Made by a program: the position numbers and the translations under genes. From contig JBDRWI010000001.1 of the NCBI GenBank assembly GCA_039802265.1, positions 10,921 to 74,920 of the forward strand: 64,000 bases of DNA, read 5' to 3'. Positions 29,008-38,935 of this stretch are shown one piece after another. The notes under the pieces are model-generated. The model did not search any database and was not told the origin of the DNA. It saw nothing but the letters and a program-made list of their open reading frames with translations. How positions within the stretch are numbered: the first letter of the stretch is position 1; each line of letters begins with the position of its first letter. This DNA is from a candidate division WOR-3 bacterium (GTDB lineage: Bacteria > Hydrothermota > Tepidihabitantia > SM23-42 > JAOAFX01).

Positions 29008-29727
29008 GTGATCATCGGTTCCAAACTTTATTATCTTGAAGAGGTTGATTCAACAAATGATTATGCAAAGAGGATTGCACCCACGGCACCTGATGGAGCA
29101 GTGGTCCTTGCCGAGATGCAGACAGACGGTAAAGGAAGACAGAACCGCAAGTGGTATTCGCCAAAGGGTGGACTTTATCTCTCGGTGATAACCAACCCTG
29201 AAAACGCTTCACTCATGCCGATTCTGGCCGGTGTTGCAATATGCGAGACATTCAATAATTATCATATTCTTTTGGGTCTCAAATGGCCCAATGATGTGAT
29301 GTTGAATGAAAAAAAGGTTGCTGGTGTCCTAATAGAGTTCATTGACACCAGGTTAATCCTGGGTATTGGAATAAATCTTAACATAACAAGTTTTCCAGAA
29401 GAAATAAGGGATAGGGCAACTTCAATATTTCTTGAAACCAAAAAGAAATTTGATAAGATGTCTATTTACCGAACCCTGTGTCTGGAACTTAACCAGTACT
29501 ATACTATGCTCAATGATAAAAAGGATTCAACAATACTACAAAAGTGGAGGAATTATTCAGTTATCTTCGGAAGGAATGTCCTTGTGGAATTGCCCGATAG
29601 AAAGATTACGGGGCGTGCCATTGATATTGCCAATGATGGTTCTTTGATTCTAATGCTCCCCGAGGGTAAGGTTGAAAGAATTTTCGCGGGTGAGTGCCAG
29701 GTCATAAAGACACAACCTCAGTGGTAG
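29008..29727 (+). CDS. birA: Biotin-protein ligase (no N-terminal HTH)
   Basis: DSTND, QTDGKGRQNRKW, KWPNDV, KKVAGVL, GIGIN. Confidence 0.93.
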   Translation: MIIGSKLYYLEEVDSTNDYAKRIAPTAPDGAVVLAEMQTDGKGRQNRKWYSPKGGLYLSVITNPENASLMPILAGVAICETFNNYHILLGLKWPNDVMLNEKKVAGVLIEFIDTRLILGIGINLNITSFPEEIRDRATSIFLETKKKFDKMSIYRTLCLELNQYYTMLNDKKDSTILQKWRNYSVIFGRNVLVELPDRKITGRAIDIANDGSLILMLPEGKVERIFAGECQVIKTQPQW

Positions 29728-29778
29728 TGCGGTTTGGATTAAACCCATCGCTAAAAATACCGTAGCCGAGGAGTTGTT

Positions 29779-30198
29779 ATGTTTTATAAAAAATATCAAA
29801 ATTATTATGTTCTGAGATTGCAAAGGGATGAAGAGATTATACAGTGTCTTACAGATTTTGCTAAAAAGACAAAGTTAGAAGGTGCATTCCTTTATGGACT
29901 GGGTGTTGGTAAAAGGCTTACCTTGGGCTATTTTGATGCACATAAAAAATCTTACATTAAAAAGCAATTCAAGGGTGAATATGAATTCACGAGTTTCCTC
30001 GGCAATATCTCTTATTTTGAAGAAGAGCCGGTCATCCATATCCATGTTACGATAACTGACAAAAGATTCAATGCCTATGGTGGGCACCTATTTTTCGGCT
30101 ATGTCCCGGCGACGCTGGAGATAGTTATATTCCCATTTGACAAAAAATTGTTGCGTGAAAAGGATACTGATACGGGTCTGAATCTCCTAAAGATATAA
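29779..30198 (+). CDS. PPC/DUF296 domain protein
   Basis: LRLQRDEEI, GNIS, HIHVTI, GGHL. Confidence 0.9.
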   Translation: MFYKKYQNYYVLRLQRDEEIIQCLTDFAKKTKLEGAFLYGLGVGKRLTLGYFDAHKKSYIKKQFKGEYEFTSFLGNISYFEEEPVIHIHVTITDKRFNAYGGHLFFGYVPATLEIVIFPFDKKLLREKDTDTGLNLLKI

Positions 30199-30247
30199 AC
30201 TGGATTTTTTATCTGATGATCGCAACTTTTATTAAAATGGTGCCCGT

Positions 30248-30757
30248 ATGATTCAGATATACACTGGAAACGGAAAAGGAAAGACGACCGCTGCGCTTGG
30301 TCTTGCCCTGCGCGCCATCGGACATAACAAAAAGGTAATAATGATTCAGTTTATGAAGGGCAAGATCAACTATGGTGAATTGAAATCCGCCAGACTCTTA
30401 AAGAATTTTAAGATTGAGCAATACGGCCGGCCGGACTTTGTTGACAAAGACCATCCTGCCAGGATCGATATTGAACTTGCAAGAAAGGGATTTGAACGGG
30501 CAAAAGAGGTAATTAAGGGCAAGAAATACGATATCGTGATCCTGGATGAGTTGAATGTGGCGGTTGATTACGGATTGATTCCTGTCACAGAAGTTATTGA
30601 ACTGTTCAAGAAGACACCCAAGAAGATTGAACTTATCATTACCGGTCGTTATATGCCTGAAGAATTTAAAAATTATGCAGATTTGATAAGTGAGGTGATG
30701 GAGGTCAAACACTACTTTCAAAAAGGAACAAAGGCGAGGAAGGGAATTGAATATTGA
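30248..30757 (+). CDS. cobO: Cob(I)yrinic acid a,c-diamide adenosyltransferase
   Basis: IYTGNGKGKTTAALG, QFMKG, ILDE, ITGR, RKGIEY. Confidence 0.95.
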   Translation: MIQIYTGNGKGKTTAALGLALRAIGHNKKVIMIQFMKGKINYGELKSARLLKNFKIEQYGRPDFVDKDHPARIDIELARKGFERAKEVIKGKKYDIVILDELNVAVDYGLIPVTEVIELFKKTPKKIELIITGRYMPEEFKNYADLISEVMEVKHYFQKGTKARKGIEY

Positions 30758-30948
30758 CATTAAAGAGAATTTTATTATAATATAATTCGGTAAGTTTTTA
30801 CCAGAAATTGTAGGGTGGCTGCATAAAAATTAATGGCAAGGTTAAAAATTGCCAAGAAATCAAAGAGGAACCAATTGGAACAGTTTTGGGAAAATCTAAA
30901 TGATTCCGATTTTTAGTTATTTAGGTATTTGAGAGAGCAAGGAGGTAT

Positions 30949-31134
30949 ATGTTCTTTCCGATTGAGAAGATTTGGGAACATTATAAAAATAAATATAAAG
31001 CAATAAATATTGGTGCATTGTATTCGCGAAAGTTAAAAGATGAACAGTCGCAGGGACTTGGAGATAAAGACATCAATCCGATAAAAGAGTCTTTAATAAA
31101 ACTTTCGCTGGGGAAGATAAAGGCAAAAGAATGA
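30949..31134 (+). CDS. rpoZ: RNA polymerase omega subunit (divergent)
   Basis: NKYKAI...SRKL...NPIKESL...GKI pattern; AGGAGG SD; overlaps the coaBC start (conserved synteny). Confidence 0.7.
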   Translation: MFFPIEKIWEHYKNKYKAINIGALYSRKLKDEQSQGLGDKDINPIKESLIKLSLGKIKAKE

Positions 31135-32294
31135 AGGTTGTCTTGGGTATAACCGGTTCAATTGCTGCCTACAAGTCTTTGGAATTAATAAGGATTATAA
31201 AAAAGAACAAGGGCGAGGTTAAGGTTATTCTGACCCAATCCGCAACAAATTTCGTCACGCCGCTTTCCTGTCAGACCCTCGCTGAAGAGGAAGTCTATAT
31301 TGACCAGTTTGTTTTAACAAAGGGAATGAAACATCTGAGTCTTTCAGAATGGGGTGATATCCTCGTTGTGGCGCCAGCGACGGCTAATATAATCGGCAAA
31401 ACTGCCTCAGGAATTGGCGACGACCTCCTTTCAACAACTATCATCTCCTTCCCGAAACCGGTGCTCTTTGTTCCGGCAATGGATGAAGGGATGTGGGATA
31501 ATAAGATTGTTACAAAAAATGTCCGGCATTTAAAAGAGTTAGGCTATCACTTCCTGGAACCGGTTTCTGGATTACTTGCCTCAGGTAAAATTGGTCGTGG
31601 TCGATTTCCGCCAATTGAGAGAATATACAAAAAGATCCAGACGATATTGGCAAATTATAGCACACTCTCCGGTAGGAAGATTCTCATCACCGGAGGCAGA
31701 ACCGAAGAAGATATTGACCCGGTGCGGGTTATTACCAATCGATCCAGCGGCCTCATGGCAAAGGAACTATATGAAGCAGCAGTCTGCCGTGATGCCCAAA
31801 CAAGGCTGATTATGGGTGAGGCAGATATTCAATTATCAGACGAGACCGATTTACTAAGGGTACGCACCTCTGAAGAGATGCTTGAGGCAATGAAACAGAA
31901 TATTCCCTGGTGTGATTATTTGATTATGGCGGCAGCGGTCGGTGACTACATCCCGAAGACCAAACTTACAAGCAAGGTTCATACCGCAGCCCTGAAGATT
32001 GAACTCAGAAGAAATATCGATTTACTCCAGGCGGTTAAAAAAGACAAAAGGGATAAAATTTATGTGGGATTCTCCCTTGAGGATAGAAATCCTTTAAAAA
32101 GGGCAAAGGAAAAGTTGGTCAAAAAGGAATTAGATTTTGTAGTGCTCAATCCCATAAATGCAATTGGCAGTGACAGAATCTCACCTATTATCCTGAAAAG
32201 AGATGGCCGGATTTTTAATCTCGGGGTGATGAGCAAATGGGAACTGGCAAATAAAATCCTTGATGAATGTCTGTCTTTAAAAAATTCAACTTAG
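31131..32294 (+). CDS. coaBC: Phosphopantothenoylcysteine decarboxylase/ligase
   Basis: GITGSIAAYK, APATAN, PAM, TEEDIDPVRVITNRSSG, AAAVGD. Confidence 0.95.
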   Translation: MKVVLGITGSIAAYKSLELIRIIKKNKGEVKVILTQSATNFVTPLSCQTLAEEEVYIDQFVLTKGMKHLSLSEWGDILVVAPATANIIGKTASGIGDDLLSTTIISFPKPVLFVPAMDEGMWDNKIVTKNVRHLKELGYHFLEPVSGLLASGKIGRGRFPPIERIYKKIQTILANYSTLSGRKILITGGRTEEDIDPVRVITNRSSGLMAKELYEAAVCRDAQTRLIMGEADIQLSDETDLLRVRTSEEMLEAMKQNIPWCDYLIMAAAVGDYIPKTKLTSKVHTAALKIELRRNIDLLQAVKKDKRDKIYVGFSLEDRNPLKRAKEKLVKKELDFVVLNPINAIGSDRISPIILKRDGRIFNLGVMSKWELANKILDECLSLKNST

Positions 32295-32306
32295 CCGGAA
32301 CCCCTT

Positions 32307-33674
32307 ATGGAAGAGAGAAAAATCCCACCCCACTCCTTAGAGGCAGAAGAGGCGGTGCTTGGTGCTGCCCTGCTTGATGAGGTTGCAGTAAATAAAATCC
32401 TTGAAATTTTACAGGAAAGTCATTTCTATTCACCGGCAAATCAAAAAATCTTTCGCGCAATTGTTGAGCTCTTCAACCGTAATATTACACCCGACCTTAT
32501 TACTGTGACCGACTGGCTTAAACAGAACAAGATGCTTGATGAGATAGGTGGTCCTGAATATGTCTCAAATATTGTAGCAAATGTGATTACCACGGCGAAT
32601 GTTGAACACCATGCCCGTGTCGTCCTTGATAAGGCAATAAAGAGAAGTCTGATTCGTTCTTCTATGGAGGTTTTAAAGAATGCATTTGAAGATACCCAGC
32701 CGGCGAGTGAACTCGTGGATGAGGCACAGAATATGATATTTCAGATAAGAGAAAAGGGATTGAGAAAAGAACCAGTCCATATCAGGGAATATATTACCAA
32801 AATCCTTGAGACTGCAGAAAAGATGCGCGGTGAAAGACTGATAACCGGTGTTGAAACCGGGTACTACATCCTTGATGAGGTCACTTCCGGATTTCAAAAG
32901 GGCGATTTTATAGTAATTGCGGGTAGGCCAAGTATGGGCAAGACTGCGTTTGCCCTCAATATTGCTGCATTTGCGGCACTGAAGAACAATGTGCCAGTGG
33001 CAATCTTTTCGCTGGAAATGTCAGCTGAGGCACTGGTTAAAAGAATGTTGTGCACCGAGGCTGAAGTAAATATTAAAGATTTGAGTCGTGGGAAATTGAC
33101 GACCCAGGAGTGGGTTAATCTTTCAACCGCTGCCGGTAACCTCGACCGTGCGCCAATATTCATTGATGACTCAGCGAGTCTTACTGTCTTGGAATTAAAG
33201 ACCAAGGCAAGGAGATTAAAGGCAGATAATGATATCCAGTTGATGATTATTGACTATCTCCAGCTCCTTGCCGGATCTTTTTCAAAACCCGGGATCTCAA
33301 GACAACAAGAAATATCAGAGATTTCACGCTCCTTAAAGGCACTGGCAAAGGAACTGGACCTGCCCCTTGTCGTGGTCTCGCAGTTATCAAGGATGCCCGA
33401 ACAGAGGCATGAGGACCACCGACCCAGACTCGCTGATTTAAGGGAGAGTGGAGCAATTGAGCAGGATGCCGATGTTGTGATTTTTATCTATCGTGATGAA
33501 ATCTATAATCCTGATACAGAAAAGAAGGGTATTGCAGAAATCAATGTTGCAAAACAGCGTAATGGACCAACAAAAATATTTGAACTTGGTTTCATCGGTG
33601 AATATACCCGCTTCAGCAATCTGGCATTGAGGGAAGAGGCATTGCTGGAATTAGAGGAAAGTGAACCTTTTTAG
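32307..33674 (+). CDS. dnaB: Replicative DNA helicase
   Basis: PPHSLEAE, GRPSMGKT, SLEM, IDYLQL, DLRESGAIEQDAD, KQRNGP; no intein. Confidence 0.97.
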   Translation: MEERKIPPHSLEAEEAVLGAALLDEVAVNKILEILQESHFYSPANQKIFRAIVELFNRNITPDLITVTDWLKQNKMLDEIGGPEYVSNIVANVITTANVEHHARVVLDKAIKRSLIRSSMEVLKNAFEDTQPASELVDEAQNMIFQIREKGLRKEPVHIREYITKILETAEKMRGERLITGVETGYYILDEVTSGFQKGDFIVIAGRPSMGKTAFALNIAAFAALKNNVPVAIFSLEMSAEALVKRMLCTEAEVNIKDLSRGKLTTQEWVNLSTAAGNLDRAPIFIDDSASLTVLELKTKARRLKADNDIQLMIIDYLQLLAGSFSKPGISRQQEISEISRSLKALAKELDLPLVVVSQLSRMPEQRHEDHRPRLADLRESGAIEQDADVVIFIYRDEIYNPDTEKKGIAEINVAKQRNGPTKIFELGFIGEYTRFSNLALREEALLELEESEPF

Positions 33675-34398
33675 ACACATCTACGATTTTACCGCATTCT
33701 TCGTTCGCAGTCTATTCTTTGTCTGGCAGTTAGGCAAATCAAAGGGCCGCATTGCGGAACAGATCTACAATGTCGGATTTGGTTCGCTACCCATTATCTT
33801 TTTGGTCTCAGCATTTTTGGGAATGGTAACAACCGTCCAGTTATCCTATCAATTGCTGGCATATCTCCCCAGATATTATCTTGGGGCTGCAATTGGCCGA
33901 ATGGTCTTGATTGAATTAGGACCGGTTTTAACCGGCCTGGTGGTCTGCGGTCGCTGTGCCTCAGCAATGGCCGCCGAGGTTGGAACAATGAGGGTAACCG
34001 AACAGATTGATGCCCTTGAGGTGATGGCGATTGACCCTTATCGCTTCTTAAACTTTCCGCGAATACTCGGAACCTTAATCTCCCTACCCCTCCTTACGGT
34101 CTTTAGCGAATTTGTTGCAATCCTTACTGGTGCAGTCTATGGACACCTTTTCCTGAATATCCCTTTCAGTGTCTTCAATTATGGCCTGGTAAGAAACTTC
34201 TTTCACCGGGATCTATTCGGCGGCTTACTAAAGGCTGTCCTCTTCTCTCTGGTTATATCAAACAGTGGTTGCTACTTTGGCTACAATGTAAAGGGCGGTG
34301 CCCGGGAGGTTGGAATCGCCACAACCTATGCCGTGGTTACCGCCTCAATTCTAATATTACTTCTGGATTTTATTGTAGCACTGGTTGTCTTTGGATAA
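33661..34398 (+). CDS. mlaE: MlaE family ABC permease
   Basis: ELGPVLT, AEVGTMRVTEQIDALEVM, GAREVG. Confidence 0.93.
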   Translation: MNLFRHIYDFTAFFVRSLFFVWQLGKSKGRIAEQIYNVGFGSLPIIFLVSAFLGMVTTVQLSYQLLAYLPRYYLGAAIGRMVLIELGPVLTGLVVCGRCASAMAAEVGTMRVTEQIDALEVMAIDPYRFLNFPRILGTLISLPLLTVFSEFVAILTGAVYGHLFLNIPFSVFNYGLVRNFFHRDLFGGLLKAVLFSLVISNSGCYFGYNVKGGAREVGIATTYAVVTASILILLLDFIVALVVFG

Positions 34399-34399
34399 A

Positions 34400-35086
34400 A
34401 TGATTGAGATAAAGGAACTTTCCAAAAAATTTGATGGCAATGTTGTCCTTGATCGCGTGAGCCTGACCATAAAGGATGGCTCGCTCGTCGTAATCTTGGG
34501 TCCCTCAGGAACCGGTAAGACGGTTCTTTTGAAATCAATATTGGGATTACTACCGGTTGATGGTGGGAGGGTAGAGTATGATGGAAAGTCAATATTTGAA
34601 CTCAAGCCCGCTGAGTTATACCAGCTTCGGAAACAGGTCGGCTTCGTATTTCAATCCGCCGCCCTCTTTGATTCAATGACTGTCTATGAAAATATTGCCC
34701 TGCCCATAAGTGAGCATACTACACTTTCGCCAAAAAAGATAAAGGAAAAGGTAAAAAATATTCTTGAGATTGTTGGACTCCCCAATAAAGAAAGGCTCTA
34801 TCCCCGCTCGCTTTCCGGTGGTATGAAGAGACTGGTTGCAATCGGCCGGGCAATCGCCCTTGACCCGAAATATCTATTTTATGATGAACCAACAACCGGT
34901 TTGGACCCGGTGATGAAGGATAGGATTGTTCAATTGATAATAAATCTAAAACAGAATTACAAAAAGACTGGAATCGTCGTTACCCATGACCTCCAGACAG
35001 CGGAGGCAGTGGGTGACGAAATCTATATGTTAAAAAATGGTAAGATAAACAGATTAGAAGAGATAAAAAAGGAATTATATGGATAA
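34400..35086 (+). CDS. mlaF: MlaF family ABC ATPase
   Basis: GPSGTGKT, FQSAALFDS, LSGGM, YDEPTTGLDP, VTHD. Confidence 0.93.
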   Translation: MIEIKELSKKFDGNVVLDRVSLTIKDGSLVVILGPSGTGKTVLLKSILGLLPVDGGRVEYDGKSIFELKPAELYQLRKQVGFVFQSAALFDSMTVYENIALPISEHTTLSPKKIKEKVKNILEIVGLPNKERLYPRSLSGGMKRLVAIGRAIALDPKYLFYDEPTTGLDPVMKDRIVQLIINLKQNYKKTGIVVTHDLQTAEAVGDEIYMLKNGKINRLEEIKKELYG

Positions 35087-35819
35087 AGATATTAAAAAGA
35101 CCATGGCTGGTGTCTATATAGTGGGAGGAATAGTTCTCTTTATCCTCTTTTATATCTGGCTTTCAGGAAAGATCGGACTGCGAGCAACCTATGATATAAA
35201 GGTTTACTTCTCGGATATTACCTGGCTAAGGCGCGGTGACCCCGTGATTATCTATGGAATTGAAAAGGGAAAGGTAAAGTCCTACCACATTGAAGGAGAC
35301 AGGGTCCTCGTTACCCTGGCAATTGATAAGGATGTCCGACTGCCTGAAGATTCCAAGATTGCCATTCGCCTTGTCAATTATTTAGGTTCTGACCGTTATA
35401 TAAAGATTATCCCGGGTAAGGGAGATAAGATTCCTGAGGTCTATTATGGTACTGACGAGACCCTGCTCTTTGAGGCAATTGCGGCAAAATTGGATTCCAT
35501 TACTGCGGTCTTTGACAACCTTTCATTACCCGATTTTAACAAATTGAGTTTTGATATCGTTCACCTTCTTGATGAGAATCTCCGCAGACTTTCTGAATCA
35601 TTAAAAGAACCGAGTGAAAAGGTTAATGAACTCATCACGCGCATGGATATTTTGTTTGACTCCCTTACCGCCTTAACCGAGAAAGAAGGAACGGTCAATA
35701 AACTGATAAAGTCCGATGAATTGTATCAAGAAATCCTGGCAACGAATAAGGCATTGCGGGAACTTCTGGAGGATATAAAGGCAAATCCCGAGCGTTATAT
35801 AAAGATAAAGGTGTTTTGA
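35079..35819 (+). CDS. mlaD: MlaD/MCE family protein
   Basis: N-terminal TM; LRRGDPVIIYGIEKGKV MCE motif; DIKANPERY tail; operon context. Confidence 0.88.
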   Translation: MDKDIKKTMAGVYIVGGIVLFILFYIWLSGKIGLRATYDIKVYFSDITWLRRGDPVIIYGIEKGKVKSYHIEGDRVLVTLAIDKDVRLPEDSKIAIRLVNYLGSDRYIKIIPGKGDKIPEVYYGTDETLLFEAIAAKLDSITAVFDNLSLPDFNKLSFDIVHLLDENLRRLSESLKEPSEKVNELITRMDILFDSLTALTEKEGTVNKLIKSDELYQEILATNKALRELLEDIKANPERYIKIKVF

Positions 35820-37151
35820 ATGAAAAAGACAAAATTTGTCTGTCAGAATTGTGGTGCATACTCTTCCAAGTGGCTCGGTAGATGTCCGAACTGCAGTGAA
35901 TTCAACACAATGGTAGAAGAGATTATAGAGGAGAAGAAAAGAGAGCCGGTAAAAGATATCAAACCCATCTTATTAGCCGAAGTCCCTTACCAGGAACAGA
36001 CCAGACGCTCGGTGGGTATTACAGAACTTGACCGTGTTCTGGGAGGTGGTCTGGTTAAGGGGTCATTGATTTTACTCGGCGGTGATCCGGGGATTGGTAA
36101 ATCAACCCTTATGCTACAAATTTCTGATTATCTCGCTCGCAACAACGGTGCCGTCTTTTATGTCAGCGGCGAAGAGTCACCAGTTCAAATACGACTGCGC
36201 GCCGAGAGAATAAATGTCTCCGGAAAGGGAATCAAATTTCTTGCCGAAACCGAACTCGAGACAATTCTCAAAATCGCTGAAGAGGTAAAACCCGATTTGA
36301 TGGTCATCGACTCAATCCAGACGATTTACAAATCAGAGATTTCTTCTGCACCCGGGAGTGTTGCCCAGGTGAGGGAGTGCGGCGGTGATTTGATGAGATT
36401 CGCCAAGGAGAGAGGAATTACCACAGTCATCATCGGACATGTTACAAAATTTGGCGTCATCGCCGGTCCAAAAACCTTAGAGCACATCGTTGATACAGTT
36501 TTATATTTTGAAGGAGAAAAAGAAGGGCAGTATCGCATCTTAAGGGCAATAAAAAACCGGTTTGGCTCAACCAATGAAATTGGTGTATTTGAGATGACAG
36601 CAAACGGCTTAAAAGAGGTGAACAACCCTTCTTCAATATTTATCTCCGGCTGCGGTGCCCCGGGCTCGGCAATCGTATCAGTAATTGAAGGTTCAAGGCC
36701 AATTCTGGTTGAAGTTCAGGCACTAACCAGTCCGACTTTTTTTAATTACCCCCAGCGGATTACAACCGGGATAGATTATAAAAGACTTTCCATGCTCCTT
36801 GCCGTCTTAGAAAGGAGAGCCGGGATAAATCCCTATGGACTTGATTGCTTTGTCAATGTAGTGGGCGGAATAAAATTGTTTGAACCATCAAGCGATTTAG
36901 GCATTCTGCTGGCAATTGCCTCTTCAATAAAAAATAGACCGTTGAATAAAAATATGCTGGTGATTGGTGAAGTAGGACTCGGCGGTGAGGTACGCCCGGT
37001 GCATAGTATTGACCTGAGAATAAAAGAGGCGGAAAAACTGGGTATGAAAGTTGCACTGGTACCTACAAAGAATACCATTCCCAAAGATACCGGGATAGAT
37101 ATTGCCAGGGTTGGTGATGTAAAAGAGGCAATCGAAGTAGGTATTGGATAA
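35820..37151 (+). CDS. radA: DNA repair protein RadA/Sms
   Basis: CQNC...CPNC, GDPGIGKST, KNRFG, GEVGLGGEVR. Confidence 0.97.
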   Translation: MKKTKFVCQNCGAYSSKWLGRCPNCSEFNTMVEEIIEEKKREPVKDIKPILLAEVPYQEQTRRSVGITELDRVLGGGLVKGSLILLGGDPGIGKSTLMLQISDYLARNNGAVFYVSGEESPVQIRLRAERINVSGKGIKFLAETELETILKIAEEVKPDLMVIDSIQTIYKSEISSAPGSVAQVRECGGDLMRFAKERGITTVIIGHVTKFGVIAGPKTLEHIVDTVLYFEGEKEGQYRILRAIKNRFGSTNEIGVFEMTANGLKEVNNPSSIFISGCGAPGSAIVSVIEGSRPILVEVQALTSPTFFNYPQRITTGIDYKRLSMLLAVLERRAGINPYGLDCFVNVVGGIKLFEPSSDLGILLAIASSIKNRPLNKNMLVIGEVGLGGEVRPVHSIDLRIKEAEKLGMKVALVPTKNTIPKDTGIDIARVGDVKEAIEVGIG

Positions 37152-37163
37152 GAGGGAGGTCTT

Positions 37164-37787
37164 ATGTTATTTTTCAGACGCGAGGAGAGGTATGTTCTTG
37201 ATTCAGCAAGTATCATTGACGGTCGGGTTGTGAATCTGTTTGAAAAGAAATTTTTGGAAGGGAAGATAATCATTCCCTATTTAGTCCGAATAATTGCCCG
37301 CAAACAGATAGGCAATGATGCCGAGCGGGTTTTAAACCAACTCAGAAAAATTACCCTCCTGGAGTTTGTTGAAAAGAATGTGGATGGTGTCTCTGAAGAA
37401 ATCAGTGTCCTTAAACTTGCATCAAGGAGAAAGGCAAAGGTAATAACAACCTCGGATGAGTATAATCGTCATTTAAAATCCTTTCCCGATGTTCGGATTA
37501 TAAACATCAAAGAACTACATTCACTATTAACCCCAATATTCAATCCCAACCGGATTATCAGTGTGTATATTAAGAAAAGAGGAATAAACTCCAATGAGGG
37601 AGTCGGGTATATTGAGGGTGTAAAGATTGTTGTAATGAATGGTGCAAAGTTCCTCAACCAGCGAATATGGGCAAGGGTTATCTCAATGCTCCAATCGGAT
37701 AGTGGTAATCTGGTATTTGCCGAGGCAGTTGCCGATCTAAAAGAAAAATCCATTAACACCGACAATCGCAAAAATGAATATAACTGA
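37164..37787 (+). CDS. PIN/TRAM domain protein (YacL-like, without the membrane region)
   Basis: LDSASIIDGR; GVGYIEGVKIVV; SMLQSDSGNLVFA; downstream of radA. Confidence 0.8.
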   Translation: MLFFRREERYVLDSASIIDGRVVNLFEKKFLEGKIIIPYLVRIIARKQIGNDAERVLNQLRKITLLEFVEKNVDGVSEEISVLKLASRRKAKVITTSDEYNRHLKSFPDVRIINIKELHSLLTPIFNPNRIISVYIKKRGINSNEGVGYIEGVKIVVMNGAKFLNQRIWARVISMLQSDSGNLVFAEAVADLKEKSINTDNRKNEYN

Positions 37788-38796
37788 ACTTGACAGTCTC
37801 CTTGAACGCCTGACCAAAAGCTATGGAATTGGTTATTCAGGGGGTGTAAAATATGTAGTCCTTGATGAATTGAAAAGGAAAAAAATTTCCGGAGAAATAA
37901 GTAAAGATGGAAGTGTCTACGGATTTTTAAAGGGTATAAAGAAAACCGAAATAATGCTTTCTGCCCATCTTGACGAAATCGGCTTTATTGTGAGTTTAAT
38001 TGAAGATAATGGATTCATTAGATTCCGTGATATGGACGGAGGTGATGTGCGGATTCTCCCCGGACAGGAGGTAATTATTCTGGGCAGTAGAGAAATTAAG
38101 GGATATATCGGCATTAAACCACCCCACCTGATGTCTAAGGAAGAAAAAGAAAAGGTCCTACCAATTGATAAACTCTTTATTGACACCGGACTCAAACCCA
38201 AAGTTGTGAAAAAACTTGTTCATATCGGTGATGTTGTAGCATTCTTGGGAAAATACTGCAAACTTCAGAACGACCTGCGCAGTGCGAAATCTCTTGATAA
38301 TCGGGCAAGTGTTGCCTGCTCTCTGGCAATAATTGATGAATTAATAAAACTCGGACCACCCTGTAATATTCATTTTGTCGCAACAAGTCAGGAGGAATTT
38401 ACCGGACTCGGGGCAAGAATCTTTTCCTATAAATTGCCCCTTAATTATGCAGTGGTAATAGATGTAACCCACGGTGAACACCCTGAATTAAGGGAAGAGG
38501 AATGCTTCCCATTAAATAAAGGACCGGTAATTGTCCGCGGACCGACCATTCCCCAGAGGCTATTTCGCCTCCTCATAGAAACCGCAAAGGAACTGGAGAT
38601 TCCCTATCAGGTAGAACCTGCACCAACCTGGACCGGAACTGATGCCGAGGCAATCGCCTTCAATAAGGAAGGGATCCCTACCTGTGTCCTTGGAATTCCG
38701 TTAAGATATATGCATACACCGGTGGAGGTGGTCTCTTTAAAGGATATTGAGCGAACTGCAAGGCTGGTAGTAAATTTTATTAAAAAAATCGCATAG
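37774..38796 (+). CDS. M42 family metallo-aminopeptidase
   Basis: AHLDEIG, LDNR, QEEFTG, IDVT, GTDA, RYMHTP. Confidence 0.92.
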   Translation: MNITELDSLLERLTKSYGIGYSGGVKYVVLDELKRKKISGEISKDGSVYGFLKGIKKTEIMLSAHLDEIGFIVSLIEDNGFIRFRDMDGGDVRILPGQEVIILGSREIKGYIGIKPPHLMSKEEKEKVLPIDKLFIDTGLKPKVVKKLVHIGDVVAFLGKYCKLQNDLRSAKSLDNRASVACSLAIIDELIKLGPPCNIHFVATSQEEFTGLGARIFSYKLPLNYAVVIDVTHGEHPELREEECFPLNKGPVIVRGPTIPQRLFRLLIETAKELEIPYQVEPAPTWTGTDAEAIAFNKEGIPTCVLGIPLRYMHTPVEVVSLKDIERTARLVVNFIKKIA

Positions 38797-38799
38797 GTA

Positions 38800-38827
38800 T
38801 TGACCGGGCGAAGTTTTTGAGTATAAT
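38800..38827 (+). promoter_or_regulatory. sigma70-type promoter
   Basis: TTGACC-16-TATAAT, about 110 nt upstream of the ATG. Confidence 0.7.
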
Positions 38828-38935
38828 TACATAAAGCAAAACCTGAATATTTTTTGAAAAATGTGCCGCAGGGTGCCTTTAAACCCTTAAATAAAGCAGA
38901 TAATTTGGGCTTATCGGTAAAGAAAGGAGGCAATT

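Noticed and set aside
31480..31610. CoaBC has PAMD and LASG instead of PAMN and LACG (catalytic Cys replaced by Ser)
   Set aside because: I recall this variant as common in Bacteroidota-type CoaBC; it is not evidence of inactivation or novelty.
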